DNA from: Calditrichaceae bacterium
GTDB lineage: Bacteria > Calditrichota > Calditrichia > Calditrichales > JBFXGD01
DNA length: 64,000 nucleotides
Assembly: GCA_050178385.1 (NCBI GenBank)
Contig: JBFXGD010000001.1
Location: forward strand, 5,802-69,801
Direction: 5' to 3'
Both the position numbers and the translations under genes were made by a program. The notes under the pieces were generated by a model, which had not been told where the DNA came from, made no database searches, and worked only from the letters and a program-made list of their open reading frames with translations. Positions 1-9,270 of this stretch are shown here, in pieces. The first letter of the stretch is position 1. Each line of letters opens with the position of its first letter.

Positions 1-189
1 GAGCTTAAATAGACAAAAAAAACCGATTATTCGTATTGCATTTACAAATTGGTCATGCTATATTTTATTTCGTTTATTCTTAATGGTTTATAAGCAGATT
101 GATGATGTCAGGATTTTTCGGGATATAGGCTACATAATTATTATAAGAAAATAATTTTCAGAAATAATTCAAAAAGCGAGGAGGTTCTG

Positions 190-1503
190 ATGGAGCGCAC
201 AAAAATCATTATTATGGGCGCAGCCGGACGTGATTTTCACAATTTCAATACTTTTTTCAGAGATAATGAAATGTATAATGTGGTTGCCTTTACTGCTACC
301 CAAATACCGAATATCGACGATCGTAAATATCCGGCCCAACTGGCGGGTTCATTATATCCGGAAGGGATCAAAATTTATCCTGAGTCCGAACTCGTTAATC
401 TAATCAAAGAATTTGATGTGGATGAGGTAGTCTTTTCATACAGTGATGTTCCGTATGATTACCTGATGAGTCGTTCCGCGGTCGTTAATGCAGCCGGGGC
501 CGATTTTAAACTGATGGGGCCGAAGCATACTCAGATTAAAAGCACTAAACCGGTTGTTTCGGTCTGCGCGGTTCGCACAGGCTGCGGAAAAAGTCAGACA
601 ACCCGCAAAGTCGCTGAGATATTTCAGAAAGCCGGTAAAAAAGTTGTCGCTATCCGTCATCCGATGCCGTATGGCAATTTAATCGAACAAAAAGTACAGC
701 GGTTTGCACAGCTTTCCGATCTCGATAAACATAAATGTACGATTGAAGAGAGAGAAGAGTACGAACCGCATATCGTTGCAGGCACCATCATTTACGCCGG
801 TGTGGATTATGAAGCGATCCTTCGCGAGGCCGAAAAAGAAGCGGATATTATTCTTTGGGACGGCGGGAACAATGATCTTTCATTTTACAAATCGGATCTG
901 TTGATAACTGTTGTGGATCCGCATCGTCCCGGTGATGAATTGTACTATTATCCCGGTGAGGCGAATTTACGCGCGGCGGATGTTGTAGTGATCAACAAAA
1001 TAGATTCGGCGGATTCAGAAAATATTCTGGAAGTCCGGCAAAATATTCAGGAAGTAAATCCGGATGCGATGATCATCGACGGTGCTTCCCCGATCTTCGT
1101 TCAGAATTATGAGCAAATAAAAGGAAAGCGTGTGCTTGTTGTTGAAGATGGTCCAACATTGACTCATGGTGAAATGACTTACGGCGCCGGTGTTGTCGCG
1201 GCCGAAAAATTTGGCGCATCCGAGCTTGTAGATCCTCGTCCTTACACCGTCGGCACGATTACCGAAACGTTTGAAAAATATCCGGAGATCGGTGAACTTC
1301 TTCCAGCAATGGGATACGGTGATCAACAGATAAAAGATCTGGAAGATACAATTAACAACACGGATTGTGATCTCGTCATTATTGGTACGCCGATAGATTT
1401 GCGTAAACTGGTGAAAATAAATAAACCGGCTTTACGAGTTACTTATGAACTGCAGGAAATCGGGAAACCTGATTTACACGACGCCTTACAAAAATTACTC
1501 TAG
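190..1503 (+). CDS. COG2403-type P-loop NTPase (cyclic 2,3-diphosphoglycerate synthetase-like family); bacterial function unknown
   Basis: 437-aa ORF behind a strong SD, GAGGAGG (179-185). It has an N-terminal Rossmann-like IIIMGAAGRDFHNFN and a Walker-A-like AVRTGCGKSQTT. The family assignment comes from memory of these motifs, not a search. A hairpin terminator follows at 1532-1571. Confidence 0.5.
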   Translation: MERTKIIIMGAAGRDFHNFNTFFRDNEMYNVVAFTATQIPNIDDRKYPAQLAGSLYPEGIKIYPESELVNLIKEFDVDEVVFSYSDVPYDYLMSRSAVVNAAGADFKLMGPKHTQIKSTKPVVSVCAVRTGCGKSQTTRKVAEIFQKAGKKVVAIRHPMPYGNLIEQKVQRFAQLSDLDKHKCTIEEREEYEPHIVAGTIIYAGVDYEAILREAEKEADIILWDGGNNDLSFYKSDLLITVVDPHRPGDELYYYPGEANLRAADVVVINKIDSADSENILEVRQNIQEVNPDAMIIDGASPIFVQNYEQIKGKRVLVVEDGPTLTHGEMTYGAGVVAAEKFGASELVDPRPYTVGTITETFEKYPEIGELLPAMGYGDQQIKDLEDTINNTDCDLVIIGTPIDLRKLVKINKPALRVTYELQEIGKPDLHDALQKLL

Positions 1504-1531
1504 TATCCGGATTTTTGATTATATAAAACTC

Positions 1532-1571
1532 GAGTTCCTGCCTGATTATGGTGGGAACTCTTTTATTTTTT
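1532..1571 (+). terminator. Rho-independent terminator after the COG2403-like gene
   Basis: GAGTTCC (1532-1538) pairs with GGAACTC (1554-1560). The stem can extend inward by 2 G-U and 2 G-C pairs. It is followed directly by TTTTATTTTTT (1561-1571). Confidence 0.6.
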
Positions 1572-1580
1572 GGAGAACGA

Positions 1581-2528
1581 ATGGAAAAGAAAACTGTTGT
1601 AGTCGCTCTTGGGGGTAATGCTATCTCTCGTGAATTTGAGGAGGGGAATATCACACAGCAATTTGAAAACACGAGAAGAAGCCTTGTGAGTGTTATCGAG
1701 TTTATAAAGCAGGGTTATAATGTTATCATTACACACGGAAACGGCCCGCAGGTTGGAAACGCATTGATTCGTGTTGAGGAAACGCGTCACCTGGTTCCGC
1801 CGCTTCCTTTGGGCGTTATCGTCGCGGATCTGGAAGGTGGTATGGGCTACATGATTGAGCAGTGTTTAATGAACAAATTGCATGATCACGGGGTTAATCG
1901 AAAAGTCACAACGATCCTTACACAGGTTATCGTGGATAAAGATGATCCATCTATTCTTGATCCTACAAAGTTTGTCGGACCGTTCTACAAAGAAGAGCAA
2001 GTAGCGAATCTTGAAAAAGAACGGGGCTGGACCGTAAAAGAGGATAAGGGCAGGGGATATCGCCGGGTAGTTGCCTCGCCGGTGCCGAAAGGGATTGTTG
2101 AAAAAGATATCATTAAAATGATGGTCGATCAGGGGATCATTGTTATCGCCGCGGGTGGTGGTGGTATTCCGGTGTATTATGACGAAAGGGGCTGGCTGGA
2201 AGGAGTTGACGGGGTAATTGATAAGGATTTGGCTTCCGCGGTTCTCGCGGCCGAAATCGGCGCCGAAAAACTGGTGATATTAACCGGTGTTGACCGTGTG
2301 GCGATAAAATTCGGAACTCCCGAACAAAAAGATCTCTCTGAACTCACTATAAGTGACGCAAAAAAATATCTTGCAGCAGGAGAATTTCCAAAAGGGAGCA
2401 TGGGGCCAAAAATAAAAGCAGCGGTTGATTTTATAGAACAAGGCGGCTCGGAAGTGTTGATTACGTCAATTGAAAAGGTAAGCGATGCTCTGAAAGGCAT
2501 GTCCGGAACAAGGATTAAAGGGGATTGA
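1581..2528 (+). CDS. arcC: carbamate kinase
   Basis: KTVVVALGGNAI, ITHGNGPQVG and IAAGGGGIPV are carbamate kinase hallmarks. The start is moved from the track's 1548 to ATG 1581, because 1548 lies inside the upstream terminator hairpin. ATG 1581 has a GGAG SD at 1572-1575. Confidence 0.85.
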   Translation: MEKKTVVVALGGNAISREFEEGNITQQFENTRRSLVSVIEFIKQGYNVIITHGNGPQVGNALIRVEETRHLVPPLPLGVIVADLEGGMGYMIEQCLMNKLHDHGVNRKVTTILTQVIVDKDDPSILDPTKFVGPFYKEEQVANLEKERGWTVKEDKGRGYRRVVASPVPKGIVEKDIIKMMVDQGIIVIAAGGGGIPVYYDERGWLEGVDGVIDKDLASAVLAAEIGAEKLVILTGVDRVAIKFGTPEQKDLSELTISDAKKYLAAGEFPKGSMGPKIKAAVDFIEQGGSEVLITSIEKVSDALKGMSGTRIKGD

Positions 2529-2696
2529 TTGTTTAAATGGATTTCGGCCTGAAAAATTGATCTCCCGAGAACTATTAGGTGTGTGTTTTTGTTTTACATA
2601 TACAAGATAAATCCTTATATTTGAAAATCGACAATAATTGAACACACGGACCAAGATCAGTTAATTTTTCATAAATAAAATTTTAGGAGTTTTAGG

Positions 2697-3860
2697 ATGA
2701 AAATTCATGAATATCAGGCCAAGGAGATCTTAAGAAAGTATAATGTGCCTGTACCAGAGGGATATGTCGCTTTTTCTCCGGATGAAGCTGTCCAGTCGGC
2801 TAAAAAGCTTGGTACGAAGGTCGTTGTTGTAAAAGCGCAGATTCATGCCGGCGGCCGTGGAAAAGGCGGTGGTGTAAAAATAGCAAAAAGCACCGATGAA
2901 GTGCGTGAACTTTCGAAGCAAATACTGGGTATGAACCTGGTCACGCACCAAACCGGTCCTGAAGGCAAAGAAGTCAAGAAATTGTTGATTGAGCAGGGAA
3001 TGGACATTGCCCGGGAACTTTATCTTGGAATGGTCCTTGACAGGGCAACTTCCCGTTTCGTCATGATGGCGAGTACAGAAGGTGGAGTGGAAATCGAAAA
3101 AGTAGCCGCTGAAACTCCGGAAAAAATTTTGAAGGAATGGATTGATCCCCGTGTAGGGTTACAACCTTTTCAGGCCAGAAAACTGGCATTTGGACTCGGG
3201 TTGGAAGGAAAACAGGTGGGGAACGCCGTAAAATTTATGTTATCGCTTTATAACGCGTTCAAATCAAATGACTGTTCATTGGCAGAAATTAATCCTCTGG
3301 TCATCACCGGTGAAGGGGATGTTATCGCGCTGGACGCGAAGATAAATTTTGATGACAGCGCGATGTATCGCCATAAAGACTTACTGGATTTAAGAGATCT
3401 TGATGAGGAAGAGCCGCTGGAAGTGGAAGCTTCAAAGTATGATCTAAACTATATAAAACTGGATGGCAATGTCGGTTGTATGGTTAATGGCGCGGGACTG
3501 GCCATGGCAACAATGGATATTATTAAATTAGCCGGCGGTGAACCTGCAAACTTTTTGGATGTGGGCGGTAGCGCGAATGTGGACACTGTCCGGAACGGTT
3601 TTAAGATCATATTAAGCGATAAAAATGTCAAAGCGATCCTGATCAATATCTTTGGTGGAATTGTACGTTGTGATCGTGTCGCGCAGGGGGTAATTGAAGC
3701 GGTTAAATCAATTGATGTAAGTGTTCCTGTTGTCGTTCGTCTTGAAGGCACAAACGCCAAAGAAGCGGGTGTGATGCTGGATAATTCAGGTCTTGATTTT
3801 GTAGTTGCAAAATCTATTCAGGATGCCGCGGAAAAAGTGGTCAATCAGATAAAAAATTAA
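2697..3860 (+). CDS. sucC: succinyl-CoA synthetase (ADP-forming) beta subunit
   Basis: The N-terminus [20 protein letters not shown] and the ATP-grasp layout are typical. [15 protein letters not shown] and [11 protein letters not shown] are characteristic SucC blocks. Confidence 0.95.
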   Translation: MKIHEYQAKEILRKYNVPVPEGYVAFSPDEAVQSAKKLGTKVVVVKAQIHAGGRGKGGGVKIAKSTDEVRELSKQILGMNLVTHQTGPEGKEVKKLLIEQGMDIARELYLGMVLDRATSRFVMMASTEGGVEIEKVAAETPEKILKEWIDPRVGLQPFQARKLAFGLGLEGKQVGNAVKFMLSLYNAFKSNDCSLAEINPLVITGEGDVIALDAKINFDDSAMYRHKDLLDLRDLDEEEPLEVEASKYDLNYIKLDGNVGCMVNGAGLAMATMDIIKLAGGEPANFLDVGGSANVDTVRNGFKIILSDKNVKAILINIFGGIVRCDRVAQGVIEAVKSIDVSVPVVVRLEGTNAKEAGVMLDNSGLDFVVAKSIQDAAEKVVNQIKN

Positions 3861-3905
3861 ATCGGATTTGGATTTTATCCACTTTAGAGATAAGGGAGTT
3901 TAAGA

Positions 3906-4784
3906 ATGAGTATCTTATTAAATAAAAATACAAAAGTACTTGTCCAGGGGATCACAGGTTCCGAGGGATCATTTCATACAACACAGATGCTGGAATACAA
4001 TACCAAGGTGGTCGCCGGGGTAACGCCGGGAAAAGGCGGACAGAAATTTATGGATACAGTGCCTATTTTCAATACGGTGGCAGAGGCGGTAAAAAAGACC
4101 GGCGCCAATGCATCGGTAATTTTTGTGCCGCCGGCATTCGCGAAAGATGCTATCATGGAAGCCGCAGACGCCGGAATGGGACTGATCGTGTGTATCACCG
4201 AAGGTATTCCGGCAATGGATATGGTAGATGTTTATGAATATATCAGTGATAAAAATACACATTTGGTCGGACCGAACTGTCCTGGAGTGATTTCACCGGG
4301 AATCGGAAAAATGGGAATTATGCCCGGTTTTATTCACAAACAGGGTCATGTGGGTGTCATCAGCCGCTCCGGTACGCTAACCTATGAAGCTGTAGGCCAG
4401 TTAACCGGACTCGGAATCGGTCAGTCGACCTGTATCGGTATCGGAGGCGATCCTGTCATCGGAACCCGTTTTATCGACGCGCTTAAGTTGTTTAAAGATG
4501 ATGATGACACAAAAGCGGTTGTACTCATTGGTGAAATCGGCGGTACCGCTGAAGAAGAAGCCGCAGCCTGGATTAAGGCGAATTTTAATAAGCCTGTCGT
4601 CAGCTTTATCGCCGGCCAGACAGCGCCTCCGGGAAGAAGAATGGGTCATGCGGGCGCTATCATCAGTGGCGGACAGGGAACAGCGGCTGACAAAATGAAA
4701 GCGCTTGAAGCAGCAGGTATTCATGTTTGCAAAAGTCCGGCTGAAATTGGCTTAACTATGCAAAAAGTATTGGCAAAAAAATAA
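3906..4784 (+). CDS. sucD: succinyl-CoA synthetase alpha subunit
   Basis: [14 protein letters not shown]oA-binding N-terminus, SRSGTLTYE, and the catalytic His context [11 protein letters not shown]. It lies directly downstream of sucC. Confidence 0.95.
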   Translation: MSILLNKNTKVLVQGITGSEGSFHTTQMLEYNTKVVAGVTPGKGGQKFMDTVPIFNTVAEAVKKTGANASVIFVPPAFAKDAIMEAADAGMGLIVCITEGIPAMDMVDVYEYISDKNTHLVGPNCPGVISPGIGKMGIMPGFIHKQGHVGVISRSGTLTYEAVGQLTGLGIGQSTCIGIGGDPVIGTRFIDALKLFKDDDDTKAVVLIGEIGGTAEEEAAAWIKANFNKPVVSFIAGQTAPPGRRMGHAGAIISGGQGTAADKMKALEAAGIHVCKSPAEIGLTMQKVLAKK

Positions 4785-4813
4785 TCAGATAGATGAAAAG
4801 AACAGGAGTCAGA

Positions 4814-5239
4814 GTGAAAGAAAGAACATTGGCAATTCTGAAACCGGATTGTGTTCAGAATAATAATACAGGCAAAGTGATTGATCATTTATTAAACGCG
4901 GGATTCAAAATAATCGCGATGAAAATGACGAAATTGACACCGGCAACCGCGGGCGAATTTTACGCTGTCCATAAGGAAAGACCTTTTTATGGTGAACTGG
5001 TTGATTTTATGACCGAGAGTCGTGTGGTTCCGCTGGTTCTCGAAAAAGAAAATGCGGTCGCCGAACTTCGAAAAACGATTGGAGCAACGGATCCTGCAGA
5101 AGCCGAGGCCGGGACTGTAAGAAAATTATATGCTGAGAGTAAGGGAAGAAATGTCATTCACGCATCCGATTCACCTGAGAATGCGATAATCGAAATTAAG
5201 TTTTTCTTTTCTGAGCAGGAATTAATTGAAAACAATTAA
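4814..5239 (+). CDS. ndk: nucleoside diphosphate kinase
   Basis: [10 protein letters not shown] and NVIHASDS (active-site His) motifs. GTG 4814 sits 5 nt behind AGGAG (4804-4808) and gives the canonical Ndk N-terminus. The track start at 4793 is less likely. Confidence 0.9.
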   Translation: MKERTLAILKPDCVQNNNTGKVIDHLLNAGFKIIAMKMTKLTPATAGEFYAVHKERPFYGELVDFMTESRVVPLVLEKENAVAELRKTIGATDPAEAEAGTVRKLYAESKGRNVIHASDSPENAIIEIKFFFSEQELIENN

Positions 5240-5242
5240 TTA

Positions 5243-5276
5243 AAAGCGCTGGAAACAGCGCTTTTAATTGTTTTTA
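5243..5276 (+). terminator. Rho-independent terminator after ndk
   Basis: A perfect 10-bp stem, AAAAGCGCTG (5243-5252) / CAGCGCTTTT (5257-5266), with a GAAA loop. A T-rich tail runs to 5276. Confidence 0.75.
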
Positions 5277-5286
5277 GGAGGTGGCT

Positions 5287-6207
5287 ATGGCAGAAAATAT
5301 TATGGATATCGAGATTCTGCGTCAGACTGAGATTGCTGCAAATGATCAAATGGATGTGATCAAGAAAGTAGTTGTGTTTGGAGCCGGCATAATGGGGAGA
5401 GGTATCTCTCAATTGGTGGCGTCAAAAGGTATGGATGTGATTTTGATCGAAAGAGATAAAGAATCTGCCAAAAAGGGACTTTCTGAGTTACAAAAGAATA
5501 TTGATGCTGAAATCGCCAGATGGACGATGACCGAGAGTGAAAAAAGGGCCATTCTCAGCAGAACAAGTGTTTCGAGCAAAGTTGATGATGCGGTCTATGG
5601 CGACATCGTGATAGAATCAATTTCCGAGAATCTGTCCGTCAAGCAAAATTTGTTAAATAAGATCGATAAAATTTGCGAACCGGATACTATTTTTATCACA
5701 AACACATCGGCTTTGAGTATTACTGAAATAGCCTCTGTCACAGAGCGTCAGGACAGGATTATCGGTATGCATTTTCTAAATCCCGTTCCCAAAATACCTC
5801 TGGTTGAGATTGTCCGCGGTTTAAAAACATCAAATGAAACGTATCAGTTTATTAAAACGTTTGCTGAAACATTAGATAAAACAGCGGTTGAAGTCTTTGA
5901 ATATCCCGGTTATATCACCACCCGCATAATTGTGCCGATGATCAATGAGGCAATCCACATTTTAATGGAAGGTGTCGCGACCGCGGAACATATTGATACA
6001 GCCATGAAACTGGGTTATAATTTTTCAAAAGGACCTCTTGCGCTAGCGGATGCAATTGGATTAGATGAACTCATGACCTGGATGGAGACACTCTTCCGTG
6101 AACTGGGAGATTCAAAATACCGGCCCTGTCCGCTCTTAAGAAAACTTGTTCGAGCCGGACATTTAGGACAAAAAACCGGTAGAGGATTCTTTCAGTATGC
6201 TAAATAA
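5287..6207 (+). CDS. hbd: 3-hydroxyacyl/3-hydroxybutyryl-CoA dehydrogenase
   Basis: NAD-binding VVVFGAGIMGRGISQ, HFLNPVP, and C-terminal 3HCDH-type blocks (PGYITTRI, GYNFSKGPLALADAIGLD). ATG 5287 is 6 nt after AGGAGG (5275-5280). The track's GTG 5281 abuts the SD. The protein has a ~25-aa N-terminal extension compared with typical Hbd. Confidence 0.75.
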   Translation: MAENIMDIEILRQTEIAANDQMDVIKKVVVFGAGIMGRGISQLVASKGMDVILIERDKESAKKGLSELQKNIDAEIARWTMTESEKRAILSRTSVSSKVDDAVYGDIVIESISENLSVKQNLLNKIDKICEPDTIFITNTSALSITEIASVTERQDRIIGMHFLNPVPKIPLVEIVRGLKTSNETYQFIKTFAETLDKTAVEVFEYPGYITTRIIVPMINEAIHILMEGVATAEHIDTAMKLGYNFSKGPLALADAIGLDELMTWMETLFRELGDSKYRPCPLLRKLVRAGHLGQKTGRGFFQYAK

Positions 6208-6255
6208 TGTCACGGCGGCGATTAGAAAGTAAATTTAATTTTGGGGAAAACGAAG

Positions 6256-7464
6256 ATGATCGTGCTGGTTATAAATGCAGGTAGTTCATCTGTAAAGTAC
6301 CAGGTAGTTAATCCGGAGAGCAGCGTGGTTCTGGCAAAAGGTATTGTCGAGCGAATCGGAATGTCCGGTGCGATATTGACTCACAAGCCTTTTGATCGTG
6401 AAGAAATACGTCTTTCGGGAGAAATACTTGATCATAAGATGGCCATAGAATATGTCATAAGCATCCTGATGAGCAAGAACCACGGGGTGATTAAAGACAA
6501 AAAAGAAATCGAAGCTGTTGGACATCGCGTGGTGCACGGAGGTGAATCATTCAGCGGTTCTGTTTTGATTACTGAAGATGTGATTAAAGAGATTCGCCGC
6601 TGTATAGATTATGCGCCTCTGCACAATCCGCCAAATCTCAAGGGTATCGCCGCCGCCATGCAGATTTTACCGGATACGCTGCAGGTAGGCGTATTTGACA
6701 CGGCTTTTCATCAGACAATGCCGGTACATGCCTATCTTTATGGTCTGCCATATGTGTTATATAAACGACATGGGATAAGACGATACGGATTCCACGGAAC
6801 CTCTCACCGATATGTCTCAGAGCGAGCGATCGAGATTTTAAAAAAACCAGGTGATCAGCTGAAAATTATTACCTGTCATCTTGGGAACGGCGCTTCGGCA
6901 GCCGCGGTGAAAAATGGTCAGTCTGTTGATACTTCGATGGGATTCACACCGCTCGAGGGGCTGCTGATGGGTACGCGCAGCGGAGATCTGGATCCGGCGA
7001 TCATTCTGCAGATAATGGGTAAGGAAGAATTGACTATGAACGACGCGACCACCATGCTCAACAAACACAGCGGGCTGCAGGGTGTGAGCGGAATCAGCAG
7101 CGATATGCGCGAGATTGAAAATGAGTACAAAGAAAGCGGGCGGGCCAGGTTAGCGCACGACATTTTTACATACAGACTAAAAAAATATATTGGCGCTTAC
7201 GCGGCGGCGATGGGTGGTCTGGACGCGATTGTTTTTACAGGCGGTATCGGTGAAAATTCTTCGCTTGTCAGAAAAAATTCACTTGAAGGACTCGAATTTC
7301 TCGGAGTCAAACTGGATAACCTGAAGAATGAAGCCAAATCGAAAGAAGAACGGACTATAAGCAGTGATGATTCCAAAGTGACCTGTCTCGTAATCCCGAC
7401 TAACGAAGAACTGGTAATTGCTATCGATACAATGAGGATAGTCAACGAAAATAAGGGCGCATAA
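6256..7464 (+). CDS. ackA: acetate kinase
   Basis: The N-terminus from ATG 6256, MIVLVINAGSSSVKY, is canonical. HRVVHGG, FDTAFHQTMP, GFHGTSH and TGGIGENS are present. The track's TTG 6241 adds 5 unlikely residues. Confidence 0.9.
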   Translation: MIVLVINAGSSSVKYQVVNPESSVVLAKGIVERIGMSGAILTHKPFDREEIRLSGEILDHKMAIEYVISILMSKNHGVIKDKKEIEAVGHRVVHGGESFSGSVLITEDVIKEIRRCIDYAPLHNPPNLKGIAAAMQILPDTLQVGVFDTAFHQTMPVHAYLYGLPYVLYKRHGIRRYGFHGTSHRYVSERAIEILKKPGDQLKIITCHLGNGASAAAVKNGQSVDTSMGFTPLEGLLMGTRSGDLDPAIILQIMGKEELTMNDATTMLNKHSGLQGVSGISSDMREIENEYKESGRARLAHDIFTYRLKKYIGAYAAAMGGLDAIVFTGGIGENSSLVRKNSLEGLEFLGVKLDNLKNEAKSKEERTISSDDSKVTCLVIPTNEELVIAIDTMRIVNENKGA

Positions 7465-7550
7465 AGTCAAATGACTCAAAATAAATATTTTGAGGTTTTA
7501 TCATATAAATTTGAATTACAAAGGTTCTTTTTATATATTTCCGCTTTGCT

Positions 7551-8045
7551 ATGAAGATCAATATTCAAAATATTAAAAATAATCTCATTGAGATTGAAGA
7601 TTCGATTGAAACAGGGTTTCTGAAAGAAGAATTAAGAACCTATTACCCTGAGCCGTTTTGGGTTCATGTATGGGTGGACCGATTTGATCATGATTACCGG
7701 ATAAAAGTTGTTGTGAAAACAACCGGATATTATAATTGTGATCGCTGTCTGGCACCGTATTCAGAACCATTTGAAGGAATGCTGGAACATATCTATCAAA
7801 TAGGAAAGGGCCGTCTGGCTGAGACGGAAGATGTGACTCAGCTGCCCGGCGACGCGATAGAGATAGATATTTCACCGTTGATAACAGAAATTATTACTCT
7901 TAATCACCCGGTGAAAATGATCTGCAAAAACGAATGTATGGGTCTTTGTCCCGGTTGCGGAGCGGACCTGAATATCGAAAAATGTAGTTGTTCAGAAAAA
8001 AAAATAGATCCCAGATGGGAAGATTTAAGAAAATTTATTAAGTAG
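7551..8045 (+). CDS. yceD: YceD/DUF177 family protein (large-subunit rRNA accumulation protein)
   Basis: 164-aa acidic protein with the C-terminal Cys cluster CKNECMGLCPGCGADLN..CSC. It sits immediately upstream of rpmF, the conserved position of this family. Confidence 0.8.
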   Translation: MKINIQNIKNNLIEIEDSIETGFLKEELRTYYPEPFWVHVWVDRFDHDYRIKVVVKTTGYYNCDRCLAPYSEPFEGMLEHIYQIGKGRLAETEDVTQLPGDAIEIDISPLITEIITLNHPVKMICKNECMGLCPGCGADLNIEKCSCSEKKIDPRWEDLRKFIK

Positions 8046-8054
8046 GAGCATAAA

Positions 8055-8243
8055 ATGGCTAATCCAAAACGAAAGATTTCCCGCTCAAAAAGAGATATGC
8101 GCCGCGCGCAGTGGGCAAATCTTTTAAAATCCAAAACACTTGTTAAATGTGATCACTGCGGAGAGCAAAAATTACCTCATCACGCATGCCCTGCTTGTGG
8201 TTACCACAAAGGCAAAAGTGTATTTATTCCTAAATCCGCTTAG
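8055..8243 (+). CDS. rpmF: 50S ribosomal protein L32
   Basis: MANPKRKISRSKRDMRRA N-terminus and the CxxC...CxxC zinc ribbon (CDHCGEQKLPHHACPACG). Confidence 0.95.
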   Translation: MANPKRKISRSKRDMRRAQWANLLKSKTLVKCDHCGEQKLPHHACPACGYHKGKSVFIPKSA

Positions 8244-8266
8244 TATAATCGTATCGGGTTAAATTA

Positions 8267-9268
8267 GTGCGCATAGCATTAGATATTCTTGGAGGAGATT
8301 TGGGGCCCCGCGCTACGGTCGAAGGGGCTTATTTATATATCAAGGAATCCCATGATGACGATGAGATTGTGCTTGTCGGTGACCGGGATTTAATCCAGGA
8401 TCAATTACAACATATTCCTCTGAAATTTCATGAACGGTTTTCAATCGTCCATGCCCCTGAAAATATTGAGATGAATGAGTCACCTACCGAAGCTCTTAAG
8501 AAAAAGAAAAACTCTTCGATGGTTGTGGGTCTGGATCTACATAAACGAGGTGAAGTTTCTGCTTTTGTGAGCGCAGGCAGCACAGGCGCCCAAATGGCCG
8601 GAAGTCTTTTTGCACTAGGTCGTATCGAAGGTGTGAAGCGTCCCGCGATAGGTGCGTTTCTGCCAAGTGAACACGGCATGGTGTTTGTTATAGATGTGGG
8701 AGCAAACGCTGACTCCAAACCCAATCATCTCTTGCAATTTGCCGTGATGGGTAATATTTTTGTCAGTAAAGTATTCAATGCGCCGAACTCAACAATCGGA
8801 TTGCTCAGTATAGGTGAAGAGGAAAAAAAGGGGAATGAGTTAACGGTCGCCGCGCATCAGCTTCTTAAACAAAAATTGCGCAATTTCACCGGTAATGTTG
8901 AAGGTGGAGATATCCTTAAAGGAAAATGCGACATCATTGTTTGTGATGGATTTGTCGGCAATATTCTTCTGAAAATGGCTGAGAGTGTGATGGGAGTAAT
9001 TGTTAAGGGCATTAAGAAGAATATCGGGAATAATTTATTTACAAATTTGGGCGCTCTTCTTGTAAAACCGGCATTTTCTGAACTAAAACGTAGTTATGAC
9101 TATGAAGAATATGGCGGTGTCCCTCTGCTTGGAGTTGATGGCATCTCGATTATCTGTCATGGTAAATCAACCGCCAAAGCTATAAAAAACGCAATTAAAG
9201 TTGCAAAAAACATGCAGCAGAAAAACGTGAACAAACTCATCGCGGAGCGATTAAATACAGAGGATTAA
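8267..9268 (+). CDS. plsX: phosphate acyltransferase PlsX
   Basis: GTG start giving MRIALDILGGD. SAGSTGA, VCDGFVGNILLK and GKSTAKAIKNAI blocks are present. The position is the conserved rpmF-plsX-fabH order. Confidence 0.9.
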   Translation: MRIALDILGGDLGPRATVEGAYLYIKESHDDDEIVLVGDRDLIQDQLQHIPLKFHERFSIVHAPENIEMNESPTEALKKKKNSSMVVGLDLHKRGEVSAFVSAGSTGAQMAGSLFALGRIEGVKRPAIGAFLPSEHGMVFVIDVGANADSKPNHLLQFAVMGNIFVSKVFNAPNSTIGLLSIGEEEKKGNELTVAAHQLLKQKLRNFTGNVEGGDILKGKCDIIVCDGFVGNILLKMAESVMGVIVKGIKKNIGNNLFTNLGALLVKPAFSELKRSYDYEEYGGVPLLGVDGISIICHGKSTAKAIKNAIKVAKNMQQKNVNKLIAERLNTED

Positions 9269-9270
9269 AT

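Noticed and set aside
36-64. Sigma70-like hexamers: TTGCAT-17 nt-TATATT upstream of the first gene, and TTGACT-18 nt-TATTTT at 63971-64000
   Set aside because: They are plausible by spacing, but I cannot distinguish them from background in AT-rich intergenic DNA. The first lies about 125 nt from its start codon and the second has no visible downstream gene.
190-1503. Annotating the first gene as a genuine cyclic 2,3-diphosphoglycerate synthetase
   Set aside because: That activity is known from hyperthermophilic methanogens. Nothing here supports cDPG synthesis in this bacterium, as there is no 2-phosphoglycerate kinase partner. Only the family resemblance is reported.
7475-7500. AT-only palindrome CTCAAAATA-AA-TATTTTGAG followed by GTTTTA after ackA, as a terminator
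   Set aside because: The stem is almost purely A-T and the central loop is only 2-4 nt. It is too weak to call, and yceD may have its own promoter in the 86-nt spacer regardless.
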